The notes beneath the pieces are model-generated. The model did no database searches. It was not told the origin of the DNA and saw only the letters and a program-made list of their open reading frames with translations. A DNA stretch of 64,000 nucleotides from Rhodanobacteraceae bacterium (GTDB lineage: Bacteria > Pseudomonadota > Gammaproteobacteria > Xanthomonadales > Rhodanobacteraceae). Made by a program: the position numbers and the translations under genes. Shown piece after piece: positions 18,783 to 28,494 of this stretch. The stretch spans positions 2,838 to 66,837 of the forward strand of contig JBOHYW010000002.1 of NCBI GenBank assembly GCA_050738155.1, in the 5' to 3' direction. Numbering within the stretch: position 1 is the stretch's first letter; each line of letters starts with the position of its first letter.

Positions 18783-19028
18783 TCAACGATGGTGCGACGT
18801 TTCGGAAAACCGGCTGTCGCTGCGATCCGCCTGCCGGGATGCATGATCATCCGCGGCGGGTTGGTCTTGCCCGCGCTTGGCACCGGACGCCCGCAGCTCG
18901 TCCCTGAACTGATTCAGTTGCTTCTGGAGCGCGTCCAATTGCACGGTATGCCTGTGCAACGCCGCCATGACCGCCCATAACAGCACGCATAGCACGACAA
19001 GCAAGATGCCGATATCGGTGATGGTCAT
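18783..19028 (-). CDS. possible small single-pass membrane protein (81 aa)
   Basis: MTITDIGILLVVLCVLLWAVMAAL TM segment followed by a helical QLDALQKQLNQFRDEL segment. GGGGAA lies 8 nt upstream. No recognisable family. Confidence 0.25.
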   Translation of the reverse strand: MTITDIGILLVVLCVLLWAVMAALHRHTVQLDALQKQLNQFRDELRASGAKRGQDQPAADDHASRQADRSDSRFSETSHHR

Positions 19029-19365
19029 TTCGTGATTCCCCAAACGGCGTGCCGTTGGAACAAGAAGCGCGTACCTGCCATGCACTGCGATGTTTTCGGT
19101 CATCGCCGTGCCTCCCTTCACCTGTAATTGTATGCAATTTCCACGCCACAACCAATCCTCGGGGTGGTGGCCGTGCGGCCGTGCAAGGACTACCTGAACG
19201 GCGCAGTGCGGCGACGACCGCGACATTGTTCAGACGGTATACGTGCACAACACGGCAACCTGGTGACAATGCGAACGCCGCCACGAGCGGACCCCAATGT
19301 GTCGCAGCCAGTATCACGCTGCACGGTTTGCTCCAGGCGAAACGTTGCCATCGACAAATGCTTGC

Positions 19366-19429
19366 ATGAATCATTCATATGTCTCACGAATTAATTGATT
19401 ATTCATGAACACCGGAACATTCGTGAATG
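19366..19429. promoter_or_regulatory. three inverted repeats built from ATTCA/TGAAT half-sites in the AT-rich wecA leader
   Basis: ATGAAT-c-ATTCAT (19366..19378), TTCATGAA (19402..19409) and CATTC-gt-GAATG (19418..19429), 105-170 nt upstream of wecA. Confidence 0.35.
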
Positions 19430-19533
19430 GGTTTCACCGACATTTCCATTGCGTAAAAATATTGCAAGATATTCAGCAGTAGTTTCAGCGGTCATCCCGA
19501 TACTGAGCATCCGAAAACAGGGCACAATATTGG

Positions 19534-20625
19534 ATGGATCCCGCTGTGCACACGATTTTGTCGGCATGCCTGGTGTCATTCGGAGCTTCGACCCTCGGCC
19601 TGTTCGCGCTGGTGCCGGCCAGCAAGTCGATGGGTCTACTCGACTACCCTGATTACCGCAAGCGACACGAGTTCGCGACACCATTGGTGGGTGGACTGTC
19701 GATTTTCTTCGGGTTGTTGGCCGGGTGGTTGTGGCTGGGAATGTCAGGCCGGTTCGACGACGTCATACTTGCCACGGCCTGCGTGTTGCTGGCGCTGGGC
19801 GCCCTCGATGACCGCTTCGGGTTGCGCGTCAGTGTACGTGTTGCCGTGCAGATCGGCGCAATCCTCGTCGTGGTATTCACGACCGGCGTGTACGTGCATT
19901 CACTCGGGATGCTGCACGGGCACGTACTCAGGCTCGGATGGCTGGGGATTCCCTTCACCATCTTTGCCGTGATCGGCCTGATCAACGCTTTCAACCTCAT
20001 GGACGGCATTGATGGCTTGGCCGGCTGCCTCGCGCTGGTCAGCGCCACCTCTATTCTGCTGCTGGCTTCGCGCGTTCCCACTTACGTGACGGCGCTGGTG
20101 CTGCTGCTTGCCGTCGCGCTGTATCCCTACCTCATCGCCAACCTCGGCTTGCTCGGCCGCAAGAGCAAGGTGTTCCTCGGCGATGCCGGCAGCGTGGTGC
20201 TGGGCTATATCATTGCCTGGGCGCTGATCTACCTGAGCCAAAGCGCACCACGCCAGATTTCGCCGGGCCTGGTGTTGTGGTGCGTGGCCCTCCCCGTCTT
20301 CGACACGCTGGCGGTGATATACCGCCGACTGCAGCGCGGCGTGTCGCCGTTCACGCCAGACCGCACGCATGTGCACCACTTGTTGATGAACGCAGGCCTG
20401 GGCTCACGCACGACGCTGCTCTGCCTGATCGCGTTTGCAGCGGCCTTGCCATTCGTCGGCGTCGGCGTCCACAAGGCATTTGGCCCGATCGCGAACTTCG
20501 TGGCATTCGTCGTGGTATTGGCTCTGTATATAGCCGCCACCACACGGCTTTCGAAATCACAGGAAAAGCCGCAACCACGAGGTCCTTTTCAGGTACAACA
20601 AGTACCCGTCGAAAGGAAGCATTGA
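19534..20625 (+). CDS. wecA: undecaprenyl-phosphate sugar-1-phosphate transferase (WecA/MraY family)
   Basis: 363 aa, polytopic. NLMDGIDGLAG and VFLGDAGS motifs. Confidence 0.85.
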   Translation: MDPAVHTILSACLVSFGASTLGLFALVPASKSMGLLDYPDYRKRHEFATPLVGGLSIFFGLLAGWLWLGMSGRFDDVILATACVLLALGALDDRFGLRVSVRVAVQIGAILVVVFTTGVYVHSLGMLHGHVLRLGWLGIPFTIFAVIGLINAFNLMDGIDGLAGCLALVSATSILLLASRVPTYVTALVLLLAVALYPYLIANLGLLGRKSKVFLGDAGSVVLGYIIAWALIYLSQSAPRQISPGLVLWCVALPVFDTLAVIYRRLQRGVSPFTPDRTHVHHLLMNAGLGSRTTLLCLIAFAAALPFVGVGVHKAFGPIANFVAFVVVLALYIAATTRLSKSQEKPQPRGPFQVQQVPVERKH

Positions 20626-20737
20626 GGGACCTCTGAGCAACCTGCTGCGCCTGGCCAGCTTGCGGCTTTCTTGCAACGGTTCTTCAAACGCTCCCGGATG
20701 CATGACGCCGCAATATGTATTGGCGCCGTGCACTCCG

Positions 20738-21913
20738 TCAAACCGCGGGTTTGACCTTCGCTCCCGTCAGCAACTCGCGATAAATCTCCAGCGTGCGTCG
20801 TATGACGATGCGTTCGTCGAATTTGGCCAATACTTTTGCGCGTGCCGCCTCGCCCAGCCGTGCCGCCAGCGGTCGCGAGTCGAGCAGGCGCGCGATCGCG
20901 CGCGCCAGTGCGCCCGAATCGCGTGGTGGTATCAACAGGCCGTCTACCTCGTCAGTCACCACCTCGCGGCAGCCCGGCATGTCGGTGGTAACCAGCGGCA
21001 GCCCGCAGGCAGCAGCTTCGGTGAGCGACGTCGGCAGGCCCTCGCGGTAGTAGCTTGGCAACACCACGATGTCCACCGACGCATACAGCGCGGACATGTC
21101 GCCGACGTGCCCAAGCCATTCGAATACGCCTTGGTTCACCCATTCGCGCAGCGTCGCTTCCGGTACCGCCGCCGGGTTTCCCGGGTCAGGCATCCCGGCG
21201 AGCAGGAAGCGAACCTTGCGGCCTTGCGCTTGCAGGGTTTGCGCCGCCTGCGCGTATTCGGCAATGCCCTTCTCCCACAGCAGCCGCGCGGCGAGCAGCA
21301 CGCATGGCTGCGAATCGTTGGAATCATTATTGGTTGCCCTGCGCTGCGCGATGCGTGGCGCAAACCGCGTGCAGTCGACGCCGGCGCCGGGTATCAAATC
21401 CACGCAGCGGGCTTCGGCCAATTTGAATTTGACGAACGCCGCCTGGTCGTCCGGATTCTGCAGGACCAACCGGGCAGCCCGGCCGCGCAGGGCGGAACGC
21501 AACATCGCACGCACCACCGGACGCAGCAGCCGCGCCTTGCGGTCGCTGCTCGCGAACACATAGCCGAGTCCATCCACCGCGTTGATGCGCGCCCGCACGC
21601 GTGCCAGCCGCGCCGCCAGCGACCCGTATGCCGCGCTCTTGATCGTGAAGTTGTGGATCAATGCCGGCCGTTCGCGTCGCAACAGGCGCGTCAACCGCAG
21701 CAACAATGCAGCCTCGCGCAGCGGGTTGATGCTGCGCCGGTCCATCTGCAGCGGCCGCCAGCGCAATCCCAATGCGCGCAGGCGCGCACCGTATTCTCCC
21801 GGCGGCGACACCAGCAGGACCTCGTAGCCCGCCGCTTGCAGCGCCAAGGCCAGCGAGCGTCGAAAGTTGTAAAGGTACCAATCCGTATTGGCGAACAGCA
21901 GAATCTTCTTCAT
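20738..21913 (-). CDS. GT4-family glycosyltransferase; start MKKILLFANTDWYLYNFR
   Basis: EGLPTSLTEAAACGLP (E-x7-E) motif. Confidence 0.85.
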   Translation of the reverse strand: MKKILLFANTDWYLYNFRRSLALALQAAGYEVLLVSPPGEYGARLRALGLRWRPLQMDRRSINPLREAALLLRLTRLLRRERPALIHNFTIKSAAYGSLAARLARVRARINAVDGLGYVFASSDRKARLLRPVVRAMLRSALRGRAARLVLQNPDDQAAFVKFKLAEARCVDLIPGAGVDCTRFAPRIAQRRATNNDSNDSQPCVLLAARLLWEKGIAEYAQAAQTLQAQGRKVRFLLAGMPDPGNPAAVPEATLREWVNQGVFEWLGHVGDMSALYASVDIVVLPSYYREGLPTSLTEAAACGLPLVTTDMPGCREVVTDEVDGLLIPPRDSGALARAIARLLDSRPLAARLGEAARAKVLAKFDERIVIRRTLEIYRELLTGAKVKPAV

Positions 21914-22040
21914 GTTCGCCGCCGGCAATCGAGCGGCCAGTGTGTCCATCGATACATCCCGTAAAAGAATTCAAACCTGCTTGCGCTCGCGTTCCGTCCG
22001 ACCATGCAGCCACGTGACCCATGCCATGCACGGCCGCCAG

Positions 22041-23114
22041 TCACTTGTGGCAACTGGCATGAACCTGGTGGATCGCGTTCACGAACTGCTGGAAGCTCGG
22101 GGCGACCGGCCCCGGAATCGGGCCGAGCGGGCCGTTGGCCTGCCACGCACTGTTCGATCCGTAAATCCAGACGTACTGCTGCGAGACCTTGTATGCCTCT
22201 TCGAGTCGTTGCTTGAAGCGTTCGGGCGTTTCGCGCGCGGATTTGTTTGCGCGGGATGGGCCGAGCGGCCACAGCCCCGGCGCGACGCTGAAGCGCGCGC
22301 GCGTGACGCCCGGGACATCCAGCTTCAGGTAGCGTTGCGCGGCTTCCTGCACGCTCGACACGATTCGATCGGGTGACACGCTGTAGGTGTACTCGGTCGC
22401 CATCACCACCTGCGCCCATCGCACCGACAACAGGCCGCGCACGAACGCGGCCGACAGCCCGTAACCACCGTTGTGGCGGGCGGCCCAGTCCCGCGGCAAG
22501 GTTTTTTCGTGCTCGACTTCCCGCAGCGCGTCCGGCAGCACCATCAAGGTCATGTCCGGATATGCGGCGTGCATCGCATTGCCGATATCCCGGCCTATTT
22601 TTTCCACCGTTCGCGCAAGCTTCGGTCCACCTGCCGCGCCACCCCAAGTCGGTTTGTACGGCTCGAGGTCCAGCGCCACACCCTTGAACCGCGCGAATTT
22701 GGCCAGCGCTGCGGCATGCGCCATGTTCTTCACTATGGCCTGGTTTTTCGCTTCGCTGTTCCAGTCGTGCGCTTTGAAAATACTGATCTTGATGAAGTTG
22801 TCGGTAACCCCGTAACGGGAATACAGCGACTGGAACCGGCTTGCCAGCTTCCACAGCCCGCTGTCGGGATTGCTGCCGACGTCCGTTTGCCAATCCGAGA
22901 CCATGTAATTGACCAGGAATCCCTGCACGCCAACCGTCTGGCCCCAGTAATTGGCGTCCTTGGCGTTGGTCTGCTTGCGGAAATTCAGGCCCGCGGACAT
23001 CAGCAGTTTCGGGCATGCCGGCCACGCCGGTGCACTCACCAGGACACACAGCAGCAACATGCAACAACGCAAGATGCATGAGCGGTCCGGGGTCTTCGAC
23101 AGGCCAATGTTCAT
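22041..23114 (-). CDS. secreted or lipoprotein hypothetical of the polysaccharide locus
   Basis: 357 aa with a hydrophobic N-terminus LLLCVLVSAPAWPAC. No motif I recognise. GVALDLEPY and the alternating pattern are compatible with a TIM-barrel glycoside-hydrolase-like fold, which is a guess. Confidence 0.6.
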   Translation of the reverse strand: MNIGLSKTPDRSCILRCCMLLLCVLVSAPAWPACPKLLMSAGLNFRKQTNAKDANYWGQTVGVQGFLVNYMVSDWQTDVGSNPDSGLWKLASRFQSLYSRYGVTDNFIKISIFKAHDWNSEAKNQAIVKNMAHAAALAKFARFKGVALDLEPYKPTWGGAAGGPKLARTVEKIGRDIGNAMHAAYPDMTLMVLPDALREVEHEKTLPRDWAARHNGGYGLSAAFVRGLLSVRWAQVVMATEYTYSVSPDRIVSSVQEAAQRYLKLDVPGVTRARFSVAPGLWPLGPSRANKSARETPERFKQRLEEAYKVSQQYVWIYGSNSAWQANGPLGPIPGPVAPSFQQFVNAIHQVHASCHK

Positions 23115-23237
23115 GACACATCCTTATGGAAACCGTGACAGCCACTCTTGCTTGTCATCGACACAATTGGGCGTAAAGTGAATCTGTTTTACAACATTCA
23201 TGTCCACGACCCATAACGTGCAATCATGAACGGAACA

Positions 23238-24179
23238 TCAACCGGAACAGGCAGTCGATAATCGACGTACCGAGGGACCCTGCAGCGCTGGCGCATAGCC
23301 GTAGCGCGGCAACGCTTCCGCCAGAACCGAGTCCAGAATCGCCCGTTGCACATCGGTGAGGTCGACGCGCCATTTGTCATTGGCCGGACGCAGCTGCTGG
23401 CGCAAGATCGCCTGCTCGAAGCGCGCAGCCCAATCCAGCTCGCAGAACTCCGTGACACGCTTGAAACATGCGACCGGATTGGCCATCAAATCCTCATAGC
23501 GAACCGGCAGGAAATTCGCCGCCGGAACATTCGCCGCGGCTGTGTCCATCGCCGCCATCATCAGCTTCCACTGGATGCCGGCCAACGCAACGAACGATCG
23601 GCCATGCCGCTCCCATTCGGCGCGCTGCGCCGATGTGAGTTCACCGGCCCGCCATCCGCCCGGTCCCTGCCAGCCGCGCCAAAACCCGACCTCGAGCAGG
23701 GAATTGGCCACTGCCCTGCCATCGCGGTACACATGAATGAACTTCGCATCCGGGAACAGCTCCCGCAGATAGCCGACGCGCGGCCATCCGGTGAGCTTGA
23801 CCAGGACGCGCCGGCGGCGCGGCGTGGCGAGCCGTGCCACGGCGCCGGGGGCCTTGCGCAGGACACGCGCGGTGACGTCCGAGGCCAGCAGATCCCTGCA
23901 TGGCTGGGAAAATCCGGGACAAAGATGGTCCCAGTACTTGTAACGCTCGCCCGGTCGGAAGTAACGCTTCAAAACCTGCCCCACGATCGGCAGGTCAGCC
24001 ATGCGCAGCAGCACTCCGTTGGCGCCGGGCCGATCCGGAAACAGATCGCAGAACGGCGACTGCCACGCGACGACCGGGTGTTCCGCAAATATCTTGTGGA
24101 AGATGGTGGAGCCGCTGCGACCCGTGCCGACCACGAAGATCGGCCGATCAACCATCCCGTCGATGCGTGACTTTGCCAT
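23238..24179 (-). CDS. sulfotransferase-family protein; start MAKSRIDGMV, track ORF extends to 24221
   Basis: PIFVVGTGRSGSTIFHKIF is a 5'-PAPS-binding P-loop. Confidence 0.8.
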   Translation of the reverse strand: MAKSRIDGMVDRPIFVVGTGRSGSTIFHKIFAEHPVVAWQSPFCDLFPDRPGANGVLLRMADLPIVGQVLKRYFRPGERYKYWDHLCPGFSQPCRDLLASDVTARVLRKAPGAVARLATPRRRRVLVKLTGWPRVGYLRELFPDAKFIHVYRDGRAVANSLLEVGFWRGWQGPGGWRAGELTSAQRAEWERHGRSFVALAGIQWKLMMAAMDTAAANVPAANFLPVRYEDLMANPVACFKRVTEFCELDWAARFEQAILRQQLRPANDKWRVDLTDVQRAILDSVLAEALPRYGYAPALQGPSVRRLSTACSG

Positions 24180-24596
24180 CACTACTCCGTTCGTGGACGC
24201 GTGCAACGCCTGCCGATGCATGCGATCGCACGCTGGTGCACAACCACCGACGATGATGACGACGATTGGTGCCAGGATTCATCCTGAGCAGCCTAAAGCG
24301 TGCAACATTAACCTTCGAATATCACACCTTTGATTGGCTCGTTTCGGTAATTTTTACCGAAAAAACACAAGCAAGATTCAGTTGAATTTTTTGCGCACGT
24401 AATCATGTTCTTGTTAAGCATCGGTCGCACACAATGGGCAGGCCGATTCAGCTACATGAAACAGCCTGAAACAATTCGCGTCATTTATTTTCACATCATT
24501 TGTCCGGGTGAAAGACGGTGCACATGGATCGCTCCCTGACTCGCAGCCTGGCGGAAGCAGCCGTGCCGCCACACCCGCCATAGGGAAGACCAAGAC

Positions 24597-26600
24597 ATGT
24601 GCGGGATTGCCGGATTCTGGGATGTAGCCAATCGCTTCGACACCGACGGTGGCAGCGCGGCGATCGATCGCATGACGTGCGCCATCCGTCATCGTGGTCC
24701 CGACGACGCCGGCAGGTATCGCGACCGTCATGCCGGCGTGTGGCTCGGGCACCGTCGGCTGTCGGTGGTTGACCTGTCGCCCGAAGGACGCCAGCCGATG
24801 ACCTCGGCCAGTGGCCGCTACGTGATCGTGTTCAATGGCGAGGTCTACAACCACCACCGCCTGCGCCCCGAACTCGAGGCGTACGGCGCCCGTTTTCGCG
24901 GCCACTCCGACACCGAAGTCATGCTGGCGGCGATCGAATGCTGGGGACTTGAGCCTGCCGTGGATCGCTTCATCGGCATGTTCGCGTTCGTGCTGTGGGA
25001 CCGGCATGCCCATACCCTGACGCTGGCGCGCGACCGCGTGGGCATCAAACCGCTCTACTACGGGTGGGCGGGCGCGGTGTTCGTGTTCGGTTCCGAGTTG
25101 AAGGCGCTCACGGCGCTGCCGGGCTTCGACAATCCGGTCGATCGTGGCGCGTTGTGCCTGCTGCTGCGCCACAACTACATCATTGGCCCGCATTCGATCT
25201 ACAGGGACATCCACAAACTGCCGCCAGCGACGATGTTGACAGTCGACCGCAATCTGGCGGCAACGCCTGCGTCGGTCGAGTCGCTGGAAAAGTGCGTTCG
25301 CAGGTACTGGTCGATCGCGGATGCGGCCGCGGCCGACCCACACCGCCAGCAACAAACCGACGAAGATGCGGTGGAACAATTGGACTGTCTGCTGCGCGAC
25401 GCGGTTGCGTTGCGCATGGAAGCGGATGTGCCGCTCGGCGCGTTTTTGTCAGGCGGCGTGGATTCGTCGACGGTCGTCGCGCTGATGCAGGCCCAATCGA
25501 ATCGTCCGGTGCAGACGTTTTCGATCGGCTTCCACGAACAGGCGCACGACGAGGCGCAATATGCCCGCGGAGTCGCCCACCACCTCGGCACCGAGCACCA
25601 CGAGTTGTACGTTTCGGCACGCGACGCGCTGGACGTCATCCCGCGGTTGCCGACGATGTTCGACGAACCGTTTTCGGATTCTTCGCAGATTCCAACGTAT
25701 CTGTTGTCGAAGTTGGCGCGCAGCCAGGTCACGGTCGCGTTGTCGGGCGATGGCGGCGATGAATTGTTTGCCGGTTACAGCCGCTACCTGTGGGCGGCCA
25801 AGGTCGAACATTGGCTGGGGCGTACACCGCGATCGCTGCGCCTGCCGCTGGCAGGCTCGCTGCACGCGCGCCCGGGCATCTACGAAGCGCTGTTCGGTGG
25901 CGCCAACCGTTGCATGCCGCGCCGGTTCCGGGTGCGCAATCCGAAGACCAAGATCGGCCTGTTGGCAAGAATGCTTGAAACGTCATCGATCGACGAACGT
26001 TACCGGTTGCTGATTTCGCAATGGTTCGATCCGGCATCGGTGGTGCCGGGAGCACGCGAACCGTCGACGGTGCTTGCCGATTTCGCCGCGTGGCCAAACG
26101 TTCAGGGCCCGATGGAACGCATGATGTACAGCGACCTGGTTGGCTATCTGCCCGGCGACATTCTCGTGAAAGTCGATCGCGCCAGCATGGCGACCGGCCT
26201 CGAAGCACGCGTACCGCTGCTTGATCACCGGGTTGTCGAATTCGGGTGGCAAACACCGTTGCGACAGAAATTGCGTGACGGACAAGGCAAGTGGTTGCTG
26301 CGCCAGGTGCTGTACCGGTACGTGCCCCGACACCTGATCGACCGGCCCAAGAAGGGATTCAGCGTACCGATCGACGTGTGGCTGCGTGGCCCGTTGCGCG
26401 ACTGGGCCGAATCGCTGCTGGACGAACGGCGGCTACGAGAAGAGGGCTTTTTCGACCCTGCGCCGATCCGCAAGATGTGGACCGACCACGTCGAGGGACG
26501 CGTGCGCGAACACCACCGTCTGTGGGACGTATTGATGTTCCAGGCATGGCTCGCACAATCGGCTCGCTGCCGCACGGACCGCAACGAAATCGCCGCCTGA
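24597..26600 (+). CDS. asnB: asparagine synthase (glutamine-hydrolysing) family amidotransferase
   Basis: MCGIAGFWD N-terminal nucleophile Cys, and SGGVDSS PP-loop. 667 aa. Confidence 0.9.
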   Translation: MCGIAGFWDVANRFDTDGGSAAIDRMTCAIRHRGPDDAGRYRDRHAGVWLGHRRLSVVDLSPEGRQPMTSASGRYVIVFNGEVYNHHRLRPELEAYGARFRGHSDTEVMLAAIECWGLEPAVDRFIGMFAFVLWDRHAHTLTLARDRVGIKPLYYGWAGAVFVFGSELKALTALPGFDNPVDRGALCLLLRHNYIIGPHSIYRDIHKLPPATMLTVDRNLAATPASVESLEKCVRRYWSIADAAAADPHRQQQTDEDAVEQLDCLLRDAVALRMEADVPLGAFLSGGVDSSTVVALMQAQSNRPVQTFSIGFHEQAHDEAQYARGVAHHLGTEHHELYVSARDALDVIPRLPTMFDEPFSDSSQIPTYLLSKLARSQVTVALSGDGGDELFAGYSRYLWAAKVEHWLGRTPRSLRLPLAGSLHARPGIYEALFGGANRCMPRRFRVRNPKTKIGLLARMLETSSIDERYRLLISQWFDPASVVPGAREPSTVLADFAAWPNVQGPMERMMYSDLVGYLPGDILVKVDRASMATGLEARVPLLDHRVVEFGWQTPLRQKLRDGQGKWLLRQVLYRYVPRHLIDRPKKGFSVPIDVWLRGPLRDWAESLLDERRLREEGFFDPAPIRKMWTDHVEGRVREHHRLWDVLMFQAWLAQSARCRTDRNEIAA

Positions 26601-26695
26601 AACGAGCGCCGAGTCGACGCGCGCGGTCGCCGCGCATCCACCAGCGCGGGTTCCAATAATCGCAAAAGATCCAGTCGCAAGGAGTAGACGCAACC

Positions 26696-27604
26696 ATGAA
26701 GATCCTCTATGTCATGGGCTTTTCGCGCAGCGGTTCCACCCTGCTCGACATCCTGTTCTCCGACCATCCCGGCATATTCGGGTCGGGCGAATTGATGAAT
26801 CTGATCGGCGCCATGGACGTTAGCCACAACTATTGCGCGTGCGGCCAACCGTCAAGTTCCTGCCCCTTGTGGCGAAAGGTACGGCGCAAGTGGGCGCGTA
26901 CGGTTGGCGACGACGTGGCGTTGCAATACCCCGCGCTGCAGGCACGCCTCGAACGCGTCCGCAACCTGCCCCGCTACCGCCGGCCACACGACCAGAACGA
27001 CGCGCTCGGTAAATACCTCGTGCAGTCGCGTGCATTGTTCGATGCCATCGCCGAGGCAAGCGGAGCCACCACGATCGTGGATTCCTCCAAGGCGCCCGTT
27101 CGCGCGCTGGCATTGTCACGGATGCAAGGTGTGGATTTTCGCGTCATCCACCTGGTCCGCGACGTGCGCGGCGTCGCCTGCTCCACTCGCAGGCCGTTCA
27201 AGAAAAATCGCGAAGGAGGAATCATGACCGAGCAGCCGGGCATGAAGCCATCGGTCACGGCCGGCAAATGGATGGTGATCAACGCGGCGGCCAACCGGGT
27301 GCGCGCGCGGTTGGGCAGCCGCGCCATGCTGGTTCGCTATGAAGACCTCGTCAACAAACCGCTCGCGACCCTCGAACGCCTGTCGCGATTCGCCGGCGTC
27401 GATTGGTCGTCCACCGCGCGCAAACTCGGCACGGGCGGCGAATTCAGTGCCGAACACATGATCGAGGGCAATCGCCTGCGCATGCAGAAACGCATCGAAC
27501 TGAAACAGGACATGCGCTGGCGCAAGGAACTGTCCAGGTTGCATCAGGCGGTGTTGCCGCTGGTGACCGCGCCGGTGGCGTGGCCATACGGTTACCGGCC
27601 GTGA
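26696..27604 (+). CDS. sulfotransferase-family protein
   Basis: MKILYVMGFSRSGSTLLDILF P-loop. AAGGAG Shine-Dalgarno upstream. Confidence 0.8.
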   Translation: MKILYVMGFSRSGSTLLDILFSDHPGIFGSGELMNLIGAMDVSHNYCACGQPSSSCPLWRKVRRKWARTVGDDVALQYPALQARLERVRNLPRYRRPHDQNDALGKYLVQSRALFDAIAEASGATTIVDSSKAPVRALALSRMQGVDFRVIHLVRDVRGVACSTRRPFKKNREGGIMTEQPGMKPSVTAGKWMVINAAANRVRARLGSRAMLVRYEDLVNKPLATLERLSRFAGVDWSSTARKLGTGGEFSAEHMIEGNRLRMQKRIELKQDMRWRKELSRLHQAVLPLVTAPVAWPYGYRP

Positions 27605-27631
27605 TGGCGGCAGCACAGGAGGCACATTCGC

Positions 27632-28297
27632 GTGAACAACTATGAATTTTGTGCTGCATGGGTGCTCGACCAGGCACTGAATCGGGATACGCGCGTACTC
27701 GATTACGGCTGCGGGCGCCGGCGAGATCGTCAAGGCGCTGCGCGCGCACCAGGCCGATGCCTTCGGCTGCGACACTTTCTACGAGGGCGGCGACCACTCG
27801 AGCCAGGTGCAGTCGGGCCTGCTGGATGCCGGATACGTCAGGAGGATGCACGGGGACCACATCCCGTTCGACGACGACTCGTTTGACATGATCGTCAACA
27901 ACCAGGTGATGGAACACGTCGAGGACATCGACGGCGTGCTGGCCGAATTGCGGCGCGTGTTGAAGCCTGCACTGGTTCCCGAAGCACGGCGGGCCGCACG
28001 TCTACTATGCCGCGCTGTTCCGTTCCATCGGCTTCGGTTACCACAAGGACGACAAAAGCGTCATCGACTGGAGCCGGAATTTTTGCACCTGGCTCGACAA
28101 CTGGACCCACTACCGGAGGCGCCGCGGGATCAACGCCGCGGTATGTCCGGTATTTCCACGACATCCGGTATATGGAAGACTACTGGCTGCGACGCAGGCT
28201 CGGCGCCAAACAACGCATGGTCGCGTGGCTACCGGCACTGGTGCAAAAGGCCATCGTGCAGAAGCTTGGCGGGACGGTGATGGTCGCGGACAAGTAA
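27632..28297 (+). pseudogene. class I SAM-dependent methyltransferase with at least three frameshifts
   Basis: Sense can be followed across four frame segments. Segment 1: MNNYEFCAAWVLDQALNRDTRVLDYGCG. Segment 2: GEIVKALRAHQADAFGCDTFYEGG...DDDSFDMIVNNQVMEHVEDIDGVLAELRRVLKP. Segment 3: HWFPKHGGPHVYYAALFRSIGFGYHKDD. Segment 4: YFHDIRYMEDYWLRRRLG...VMVADK. Confidence 0.65.
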
Positions 28298-28332
28298 TCC
28301 TATTTCCAACATGAAAACAAAAAAGAGCGCCT

Positions 28333-28420
28333 GACACGGATCAAAGCGGAAAAAAGCCGATAGACACGGATTTCCATCGAATCATTGTCTGATCCGCGTG
28401 CATCCGTGTAAATCCGTGTC
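28333..28420. repeat. structured hairpin repeat, CACGGAT family, copy B; between convergent genes
   Basis: GACACGGATcaaaGCGGAAaaaagccgataGACACGGAT...tGATCCGCGtgcATCCGTGTaaATCCGTGTC. Confidence 0.75.
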
Positions 28421-28494
28421 CAAAATTTCCCGGTTCATGCGGGATGCCTGCATGGTCGACAGCATGGAAGCGGAATAACCAGCCGCTACGCACG

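Noticed and set aside
24540-24565. ops/JUMPStart element (GGCGGTAG) in polysaccharide-locus leaders
   Set aside because: Only a one-mismatch string (GGCGGAAG, about 24549..24556) was seen, and nothing better upstream of wecA or in the wzc/wza region. An exact GGCGGTAG occurs only inside the autotransporter CDS (about 55909..55916), which is coincidental.
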